Below, one piece after another: positions 56,998 through 64,000 of a stretch of 64,000 bases of DNA (positions within the stretch are counted from its first letter, which is position 1; every line of letters starts with the position of its first letter). Made by a program: the position numbers and the translations under genes. Origin of the DNA: an uncultured Actinomycetes bacterium (GTDB lineage: Bacteria > Actinomycetota > Thermoleophilia > RBG-16-64-13); assembly GCA_963718375.1 (NCBI GenBank), contig CAVQZD010000004.1, forward strand, positions 258,243 to 322,242. The letters run 5' to 3'. The notes beneath the pieces are model-generated. The model was not told where the DNA came from. It saw only the letters and a program-made list of their open reading frames with translations, and did no database searches.

Positions 56998-58971
56998 CTA
57001 GTTCCCCTTCGCAGGCGCGCCGTCGCCTATCCCGCCCCCGGTAGGCGGAGTCTCGGCAGGCGGGGCCCCCCGTTTCTGCCGGCCAAGCGCCCAAAGCGCC
57101 GCCAGCGCGCCGGCGCTGAGCACCCCTCCTCCTATCCACAGCCACACGATGAGTGGGTGCTTCTCGAGCTTGATGTACACGGACGCCCCGTCTTCGGAGA
57201 CCTGCAGCAGCGAGACGTAGACGTCACCCGCGGCCGAAGTTCGGCGAGCGACGCGGGTCCAGGTCTGCTGCGTGGCGGGGTAGTACTCCACGGTGGGGGT
57301 CAACTGCCCCGCAGACTGACCTCCGATGCTGAGCGCGAGCAGTGCTCGGTCCACTTCCTTGTCGCCCGCGGCGCCGCTCTCTGATTCAAGGCCCTCAAAG
57401 ACAACCGTCACGTTCCGCAGGGTCAGAGACTCACCCCGAGCCAGCTGCCCCTCCGTCGACTCCTTGTACGACCATGAACCTATGAGACCGACCACCAGTA
57501 TCAAGAGCCCCAAATGAGCGAGGAGGGCACCGTAGCTTCGAAGTCCCCGCCGGGTCCGCACCCACCGTAGGACCACCGCCACCGTCGCTCCTCCGGCCAG
57601 AGCGAAGGTCACGACCGGGTAGAAGTCCCGGACTCCGACAGCCAGCAAGGTGATGAGCACCACCGCGGCCACCAGACCAGAAGCGCTCCAACCCACCACC
57701 AAGCGCCTGCGCGAGCCCCGCGCGAAGCCGGCCAGAGAACAGACGATCATGAGCAGCAGCAGAAGGATGCCGAGCGGAGCCATCACGGTATCGAAGAAGC
57801 CCGTGCCCAAGACGACCTCCCCGCCGCCCAAAGCCTCCGCGATAGGCGGATAGATGACGCCCCACAGGATGAAGAAGGTCATCCCGACGAGCAGCAGCAC
57901 GGTCAAGAACACATTGAAGCTATCACCGGTAGACCGACCCGGGTCATCGGCAACGCGCAGCTGTTCTCTGTGCCGCACGATGACCACGACCGAAAGAGCG
58001 AGCATGATCAGCATGAAGACCACGAACCAGGCGATCAAGCGAGGCTCTGCGAAGGCATGCACTGACGAAGCCACGCCGGTGCGTGTGAGAAACGTGCCGA
58101 ATATGGTGAGCAAGAAGGTGGCGACAGCGAGCGTGACAGTCGCCAGCTGCTGCCTGAGTGTGCGCTGGGCGATGAAGGCTGAGTGCAGCAGCGCGGTCGC
58201 TGTCAGCCAGGGGATGAGCGAGGCGTTCTCCACGGGATCCCAGGCCCAATACCCCCCCCAACCGAGAGTGACATAAGCCCACCACCCTCCGACCACGTTG
58301 CCGATCGTGAGGAACAACCAGCCTACGAGTGCCCAGCGGCGCAGGGAACCTAGATTGACGGAAAGGGCACTACCGCCGGCGAGCCCCGCGACCACCAGAC
58401 CGAACGGGATGGCCATGGCTACGTAGCCCACATACAGCGTCACCGGGTGGATGATCATCCCCGGGTTCACGAGCTGAGGGTTGAGCCCCAAACCGTCATC
58501 GGGCACCGGGACCAGCGGGCTGGCCGCAAACGGGTCGCAACTCGGGGCGAACAGCATCAAGAGTGAGAAGAAGAGTCCTATGGAAGACAGCACGGCCACC
58601 AGGTAAGGGAAGGATGGCGGGTCTCGCCGGCGCCCGCCAAGCGCGGCCAGCACCGAGAACAGGGCCATCAGCAGCAGCCATAGCAGCAAAGACCCCGAGT
58701 TACCCGCCCAAAGAGCGGAGAGCGTGTACACGAGCGAGAGGCTCTTTGAGGAATGCTCGTAGACGTAGAGGTTGCTGAAGTCTCGCGTCACCAGGGCGGT
58801 CAGCAAGACCGCCGCGGCCGCGGCCGCGAACGCCAAGGACAGATAGAGCGCCCACATCCCGGCCCGCAGCAACCATTGCTTGTCACCGCGCCGACCGACC
58901 AGCGGAAGGACCACTCCGCCAAAGCCGGCCGCGGCGGCCATGCCTAGGAAGACGGTGCCCGCTTGGTTCAA
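56998..58971 (-). CDS. ccmF: Cytochrome c-type biogenesis protein CcmF (heme lyase)
   Basis: 657 aa, ~15 TM segments, WWD domain (GWGGYWAWDPVEN) and conserved His residues. Confidence 0.85.
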   Translation of the reverse strand: MNQAGTVFLGMAAAAGFGGVVLPLVGRRGDKQWLLRAGMWALYLSLAFAAAAAAVLLTALVTRDFSNLYVYEHSSKSLSLVYTLSALWAGNSGSLLLWLLLMALFSVLAALGGRRRDPPSFPYLVAVLSSIGLFFSLLMLFAPSCDPFAASPLVPVPDDGLGLNPQLVNPGMIIHPVTLYVGYVAMAIPFGLVVAGLAGGSALSVNLGSLRRWALVGWLFLTIGNVVGGWWAYVTLGWGGYWAWDPVENASLIPWLTATALLHSAFIAQRTLRQQLATVTLAVATFLLTIFGTFLTRTGVASSVHAFAEPRLIAWFVVFMLIMLALSVVVIVRHREQLRVADDPGRSTGDSFNVFLTVLLLVGMTFFILWGVIYPPIAEALGGGEVVLGTGFFDTVMAPLGILLLLLMIVCSLAGFARGSRRRLVVGWSASGLVAAVVLITLLAVGVRDFYPVVTFALAGGATVAVVLRWVRTRRGLRSYGALLAHLGLLILVVGLIGSWSYKESTEGQLARGESLTLRNVTVVFEGLESESGAAGDKEVDRALLALSIGGQSAGQLTPTVEYYPATQQTWTRVARRTSAAGDVYVSLLQVSEDGASVYIKLEKHPLIVWLWIGGGVLSAGALAALWALGRQKRGAPPAETPPTGGGIGDGAPAKGN

Positions 58972-59390
58972 GGAGCCGCCTCATACTTGCTGGGGCACTT
59001 GGTGATCAGAGTCCTGGCCAAGAACACACTGGCGCCGTCGAAGTCACCCTCGGCCACGATCTCCGCGCCCGGCTCGTTCTTGAACGCATCAGGGAGCGCT
59101 CCGCTGTAGGTGACCTTGAGAGTGAGTCCCCGCTGCTCTCGGTCATAGATGACGAATGTGTACTCGCCCCCGTCGCCCTCGACCAGCGAACCGCCTTGAA
59201 GCTCCCCAGACACCCGCACGTTGGGAGCGCTGCCTCCCGCGAGTAGCTCGGAGACGGAGTAGTAGTAGACCGCCCCCCGCCCGACCGCGAACCACAGCAG
59301 CACTCCCACTGCGGCGACGATGACCGCGGCAGCGATCATCAGCCTTGTCTTGCGCGGGCTCCTAGACTTGCGGGGGCCATCGTCCGTCAT
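58968..59390 (-). CDS. ccmE: Cytochrome c maturation heme chaperone CcmE, CxxxY variant
   Basis: N-terminal TM, OB-fold core; the heme-attachment motif reads LITKCPSKY (Cys in place of the canonical His in HxxxY). Confidence 0.75.
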   Translation of the reverse strand: MTDDGPRKSRSPRKTRLMIAAAVIVAAVGVLLWFAVGRGAVYYYSVSELLAGGSAPNVRVSGELQGGSLVEGDGGEYTFVIYDREQRGLTLKVTYSGALPDAFKNEPGAEIVAEGDFDGASVFLARTLITKCPSKYEAAP

Positions 59391-59553
59391 GAGTGGCGCG
59401 AACTCTACCAGGCGCCGACCTCTGCGAAAAGGCCGGGCGCAGGGGCTAGTCCTTGGGATATCGGCGGAAGTCCAGCTTGCGCCCGCCGGACAGTGCCGCT
59501 ATGTTGGTGAGGTAGAACAGTGCATCGGGCCGACCCGTACGTCACGAGGCCAC

Positions 59554-60351
59554 ATGGTCACTGACGATCCGCATACAGTCCAGCCTCACAGCGAGCAGGC
59601 GCCGAAGCGGAGGCGCGCGCGGATGCGGCGCCGCTGGACGGTGCTCATCGTTCTTTCATGCGTGCTGGTGGCGCTAGTGATCGCGGCCTTTGTCGCGGCG
59701 CACTACACGAGCCGCAGCTCCTTTTGCGACACCTGCCACGAGATGGACCCCTACTACGCGAGTTGGATGGCCTCGTCACATGCGAGCGCCGAGTGCGCAG
59801 ACTGCCATATACCCCCGGGGCTCGTCCCGTACATCGAGACCAAGCTCTTCTCTCTGCGGGAGGTCTGGGTGCATATCACCGGCGGCACGGACGTGCCTCT
59901 GGCAGTGACCCGCGAGATACCCAACGAAAGCTGCTACCGCTGCCATTCGACGCCCCAAGACGTGACTCTCGAGGGAGTCACCTTCTCGCACGCAGAGCAC
60001 GAGGAGGAGTACTGCATCGACTGTCACGTGCGGTTCGTCCACACCGACGTCAACCCCCCGTACTACGAATCCCCCGCCACGATGGATGCCTGCGTGAAGT
60101 GCCACGATGGCACGAGAGCAGCCGGTGAGTGCTCGGTGTGCCACGAGGCGCCTCACGAGCCTCGAGGTGAATGCGCCGCCTGCCACAACACGAACGCCTG
60201 GAAGCCCTCTGCCTTCACCCACCCTCAAGTCGGGGAGCACATCCCTCGCGGAGAGCATCCTCTGAGCTGTACCGACTGCCATACGACCGGATTCGGCAGC
60301 CAGAGCTGCAGTTGCCACGGCGGTAACCCTCCAAATGGGAGCGATGACTGA
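59554..60351 (+). CDS. Membrane-anchored multiheme c-type cytochrome (8 CxxCH motifs)
   Basis: Start MVTDDPHT at 59554. TM anchor, then CDTCH, CADCH, CYRCH, CIDCH, CVKCH, CSVCH, CAACH, CTDCH plus a terminal CSCH. Located beside the ccm cluster. Confidence 0.75.
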   Translation: MVTDDPHTVQPHSEQAPKRRRARMRRRWTVLIVLSCVLVALVIAAFVAAHYTSRSSFCDTCHEMDPYYASWMASSHASAECADCHIPPGLVPYIETKLFSLREVWVHITGGTDVPLAVTREIPNESCYRCHSTPQDVTLEGVTFSHAEHEEEYCIDCHVRFVHTDVNPPYYESPATMDACVKCHDGTRAAGECSVCHEAPHEPRGECAACHNTNAWKPSAFTHPQVGEHIPRGEHPLSCTDCHTTGFGSQSCSCHGGNPPNGSDD

Positions 60352-60393
60352 CCAGCGTCCTCGGGCGCGCAGAGTCGAAGACTCCGGTCCGCC

Positions 60394-61878
60394 TCAGTCG
60401 GTGAATGACGCGCAGGCGTTCTCTTCGTAGCGAAACTTGGAGCACCTCAGCTCCGCGGGTACCTCACACGGGTATCCCCCGGTGAAACAAGCCGCACAGA
60501 AAGTGTCCTTAGCCTCATCCACCCGGGTGGCCCGCATAAGACCGTCCAGGGAGAGATAGGCTACCGAGGTCGCACCCAACTCGTCGTTGATCTCTTCGAC
60601 GGTCTTGCCGAATGCGATGAACTCGTCCTGGTTGGCCATGTCGATGCCGTAGAAACACGGATATACGATAGGCGGCGAGCTGATGCGCAAGTGCACTTCC
60701 TTGGCGCCGGCGTCGAAGAGGACCTGTACAAGCGCCCGGGTGGTGTTGCCACGGACGATCGAGTCGTCCACCACGACCAATCGCTTGTCCTTGAGAGCCG
60801 AGGTAAGAGGGTTGAACTTCATGCGGATGCCTTGCCTGCGCACTTGATCGTCGGGGTCGATGAACGTGCGACCGATGTAGCGGTTCTTGATCAGAGCTTC
60901 ACCGTAGGTGATGCCACTGCGGGCCGCGTAGCCGATCGCAGCGGAATTCCCGGTATCGGGCACGGGTATCACCAGGTCCGCCTCCACCGGAGACTCCGTC
61001 GCCAGCTCTTCACCCATGCGGCTGCGGGCCGCGTAGAGCGTCTGCCCTTTCATCACCGAGTCGGGACGAGCGAAGTAGATGAACTCGAAGACGCACAGGG
61101 CTTCCTGCTTGCGCGCCACGACCTGCTCGATCTCGTACCCACTATCACTGAGCACGCAGATCTCACCTGGCTCGATCTCCCGCACCAGGGTCGCACCGAT
61201 GATGTCCAAGCCGGAGGTCTCGCTGGCCAGACAGTAGCGTCCTTCGATCTCCCCCAACACCAGCGGCCGGACCCCGTAGGGATCACGGAAGCCGATGACC
61301 TCGTCTGTGGTCAGCAGCACAGCGCTGAAGGCTCCCCGCAACTTGGGGATGACGTCGCGCAGCGCTTCACGGATATCGTGTGACGAGTGCTCGGCCAATA
61401 GCGCGGCTATGACCTCGGTGTCAGAAGTGCTCTCGAAGATATGGCCGTTCTGCACCAGACTGACCCGCAAGGCGTCGGTGTTGACCAGATTGCCGTTGTG
61501 AGCCAGGGCTATGAAAGACCCGTTGCGGGTGCGAGCGAACGGCTGCGCGTTGCGCATGGAACTGGACCCCGTGGTCGAGTATCGGACGTGCCCGATAGCC
61601 GCCCTCCCGGGAAGCGACTGCAGCATCTCCTCCTGGAACACCTGTGAGACGAGTCCCATGTCCTTGTGGACGTCCAGACGGCTGCCGTCTGTCACCGCTA
61701 TACCCGCAGACTCCTGGCCACGGTGCTGCAAGGCGAAGAGTGCGAAGAAGGTCAGGCGGGCTACGTCCAACTCTGGTGCGTAGATACCGAAGACGCCGCA
61801 TTCATCGTGAGGAGAATCCTCACCCCAGGCAGACCACTGCTGCCTCTGATCGATGAGGGTCTGCCGGTCAGGCGTCAC
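60394..61878 (-). CDS. purF: Amidophosphoribosyltransferase
   Basis: 494 aa. N-terminal Ntn glutaminase domain with Cys nucleophile (ECGVFGIYAP) and a PRTase domain. Confidence 0.9.
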   Translation of the reverse strand: MTPDRQTLIDQRQQWSAWGEDSPHDECGVFGIYAPELDVARLTFFALFALQHRGQESAGIAVTDGSRLDVHKDMGLVSQVFQEEMLQSLPGRAAIGHVRYSTTGSSSMRNAQPFARTRNGSFIALAHNGNLVNTDALRVSLVQNGHIFESTSDTEVIAALLAEHSSHDIREALRDVIPKLRGAFSAVLLTTDEVIGFRDPYGVRPLVLGEIEGRYCLASETSGLDIIGATLVREIEPGEICVLSDSGYEIEQVVARKQEALCVFEFIYFARPDSVMKGQTLYAARSRMGEELATESPVEADLVIPVPDTGNSAAIGYAARSGITYGEALIKNRYIGRTFIDPDDQVRRQGIRMKFNPLTSALKDKRLVVVDDSIVRGNTTRALVQVLFDAGAKEVHLRISSPPIVYPCFYGIDMANQDEFIAFGKTVEEINDELGATSVAYLSLDGLMRATRVDEAKDTFCAACFTGGYPCEVPAELRCSKFRYEENACASFTD

Positions 61879-62100
61879 TTGAGCTCAGATTCCTTGTGCC
61901 GGAGGTAGCGGGGCTCGGCGTCGGGAGAGACGGTGAGAACATCGGCGGCGTATCGCTCCTCGTCGTCGCTTGCTTGCCCGGCGCCCGTGAGCTCCGGTGG
62001 GCGGAGTACTGCCTCGACTTTGATTCTACCATTGACAACCAAGAGCCACGGCCCTACTGTCCATCTCGTGAGACCAGAGGTCAAAGAACAGCTGCTACCC

Positions 62101-62256
62101 ATGGGCCTGCTCATCGCAGCCATCGTCTCCGGCGGCATCTGCTGGGTCCTGGAGGGGACGGCCCTGCTCGTGATGCTAGGAGTGACCCTTGTTCTCATAG
62201 TCGCGGGGACGCTGATCGCGCTTCGCACCGACTCCGCGCGACGGGACAAGAGGTGA
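62101..62256 (+). CDS. Small hydrophobic protein (hypothetical)
   Basis: 51 aa from MGLLIAAIVSGGICW..., two TM helices, in the purF-purB intergenic region. Weak support. Confidence 0.2.
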   Translation: MGLLIAAIVSGGICWVLEGTALLVMLGVTLVLIVAGTLIALRTDSARRDKR

Positions 62257-62292
62257 CCGGGGGGCCGGAGGTTCGACAGCGCTGCCCCGCTG

Positions 62293-63594
62293 CTACCACT
62301 TCAGATCGGCCACCCGCCTCATGATCACGTTCATGTGCCGCAGCTGATAGCTCGGATCGAAGCACGCCCGGATCTCCGACGTCTTGAGTACCTGGGTCAC
62401 TTCGGCGTCGGACTTGAGGGCACCTATGAACGGAGTCTTCTCCTGCCAAGCCTTCATGGCGTTCCGCTGCACCACCGTGTAGGCGTCATCGCGGAGCATG
62501 CCGGCCCTTATCAGCGCCAAGAGCACGCGCTGGCTGTATATCAGTCCGTAGCTCTTCTCCAAGTTCTCCGCCATATTCTCCGGGTGCACCATCAGATTGT
62601 CGATGAGCCAGCAGGCCTTCTCGAGCATATAGTGCAGCAGGATCGTGCTGTCGGGCAGGATCACCCGCTCGGTGCTGGAGTGGCTGATGTCGCGCTCGTG
62701 CCATAGCGGGATGTCCTCGAAGGCAGCCAGCATGTTGCAGCGGATCACCCGGGCTTGGCCGCAGATGCGCTCGGAGATGATCGGGTTGCGCTTGTGCGGC
62801 ATGGCCGATGACCCCTTCTGGCCCGGAGCGAAGTACTCCTCGGCTTCCAGCACTTCGGTCCGCTGATAGTGGCGCACCTGCACCGCTATCTTCTCAAGGC
62901 TGCTGGCCAAGAGCGCGAGGGCGGACATGAAGTGCGCGTGGCGGTCGCGTTGCACTATCTGCGTCGAGATGGGTGCAGCTTCCAGACCCAGCCTGTCCAT
63001 GGTGATCTCTTCCACCTGGGGGTCTACGTTCGCGTAGGTGCCCACCGCGCCGGAGATCTTGCCCACCGAGACCTGCTTGGTGGCTTCGCGTAGTCGCTCT
63101 AGACCGCGGCGGATCTCGAACGCCCACAGCCCCAACACCATACCGAAAGTGAGAGGCTCGGCGTGCACTCCGTGAGTGCGGCCGATCATTATGGTCTCGC
63201 GGTGCTCCTCCGCGCGGCGCTGAAGGATACGGCCCAGGCGGACGGTCTCTTCTTCCAGCAGCCGGCCGGCTGCCTGCAGTTGCAGTGCCAGCCCGGTATC
63301 GAGCACGTCCGAGGAGGTCAGGCCGTAGTGCAGGTATTTCGAGGCATCCCCGATATTCTCGGCCACGCTGCTGACGAAGGCGATGACGTCGTGCTGGGTG
63401 ACTTCCTCGATCTCCTTGACCCGCTCCAGGTCGAAGCTGGCCTTGACCCGGATGTCCTCCATCGCCTGCTCGGGGATCTTGCCCAACCTCGCCCACGCCT
63501 CGCACACGGCCACCTCGACCTCGAGCCAGGCAGCCATACGCGCCTCGTCGGTCCATATCGCCGCCATCCGAGGGGTGGAATAACGTTCGATCAT
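62293..63594 (-). CDS. purB: Adenylosuccinate lyase
   Basis: 433 aa; fumarate-lyase family with PurB-specific N-terminus ([14 protein letters not shown]). Confidence 0.9.
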   Translation of the reverse strand: MIERYSTPRMAAIWTDEARMAAWLEVEVAVCEAWARLGKIPEQAMEDIRVKASFDLERVKEIEEVTQHDVIAFVSSVAENIGDASKYLHYGLTSSDVLDTGLALQLQAAGRLLEEETVRLGRILQRRAEEHRETIMIGRTHGVHAEPLTFGMVLGLWAFEIRRGLERLREATKQVSVGKISGAVGTYANVDPQVEEITMDRLGLEAAPISTQIVQRDRHAHFMSALALLASSLEKIAVQVRHYQRTEVLEAEEYFAPGQKGSSAMPHKRNPIISERICGQARVIRCNMLAAFEDIPLWHERDISHSSTERVILPDSTILLHYMLEKACWLIDNLMVHPENMAENLEKSYGLIYSQRVLLALIRAGMLRDDAYTVVQRNAMKAWQEKTPFIGALKSDAEVTQVLKTSEIRACFDPSYQLRHMNVIMRRVADLKW

Positions 63595-64000
63595 CTGCCG
63601 TCTCCCTTGCCGGTCGAAATCGATGCCCCAGAGGACGCGGCGTCGCCAGCGCCCTTCACCAGCCCGGCGACCTGCAGGATCTTCGCCGCCAGGATGCCCG
63701 CGTTGCGGGCTCCGTTGATGGCAACCGTGGCTACCGGCACACCTGCCGGCATCTGCACCATGGAGAGAAGCGAATCCAACCCACCGAGATCGCTGGTACG
63801 TATCGGGACGCCGATGACGGGCAGTTCGGTCATCGCCGCCACCACGCCCGGTAGAGCCGCCGCCTTGCCCGCCCCCGCGATGATGACCTTGAGTCCGCGC
63901 GACTGGGCATTCAGAGCGTAGTCACGCACACCTTCGGGGTCGCGATGGGCGGAGAGGACCTTGACCTCGTTCGCTATGCCCAGAGAGTCCAGCTCTTTGG
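63591..64000 (-). CDS. purE: N5-carboxyaminoimidazole ribonucleotide mutase; 5' partial, continues past right edge
   Basis: PurE core ([28 protein letters not shown]...LSAHR). The reading frame remains open to the window end. Confidence 0.85.
   Translation of the reverse strand, partial: KELDSLGIANEVKVLSAHRDPEGVRDYALNAQSRGLKVIIAGAGKAAALPGVVAAMTELPVIGVPIRTSDLGGLDSLLSMVQMPAGVPVATVAINGARNAGILAAKILQVAGLVKGAGDAASSGASISTGKGDGR

Noticed and set aside
56321-57145. 274-aa Arg-rich ORF overlapping ccmA/ccmF
   Set aside because: It is an off-frame artefact; ccmA (56257..56994) and ccmF have clear family motifs in other frames.

Overview
High-GC (~65%) bacterial chromosomal window; lineage uncertain. 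Positions 1-20.4 kb are the right arm of an integrated siphovirus-like prophage, almost all on the minus strand. Reading right to left it carries a cro/cI lysogeny switch with palindromic operators, an early replication/recombination operon (PD-(D/E)XK exonuclease, Rad50/SbcC-Mre11/SbcD pair, a Cys-rich protein, VRR-NUC, ASCH, several small Zn-ribbon proteins, a replisome-organizer-like protein), terminase small and large subunits, and a partial portal-like ORF that runs off the left edge. The prophage ends with a lipoprotein and a large serine recombinase whose 3' end overlaps tRNA-Phe, the first gene of a Phe-Asp-Val-Glu tRNA cluster (probable att site). The remaining ~43 kb is core chromosome. 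It holds alr, two tandem paralogous membrane/zinc-ribbon proteins, malic enzyme, a tagD-tagF glycerol-phosphate module with a divergent CDP-alcohol phosphotransferase, transporters, an SPFH protein, a glycosyl-3-phosphoglycerate synthase-HAD fusion, pntAA/AB/B, and dispersed purine genes (single-chain purL, purH, purN, purM, purF, purB, purE). It also holds tRNA-Lys, a 72-bp tandem/inverted repeat array between convergent genes, a cobalamin riboswitch driving a btuFCD-like importer whose ATPase has a C-terminal extra domain, and a variant System I ccmEFABCD cluster (CcmE carries CxxxY, no ccmH) next to an 8-heme c-type cytochrome. No CRISPR, RT, IS element or obvious toxin-antitoxin pair was seen. 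The most unusual candidates are the prophage early-operon proteins, the prophage lipoprotein, the repeat array and the domain fusions listed in findings.
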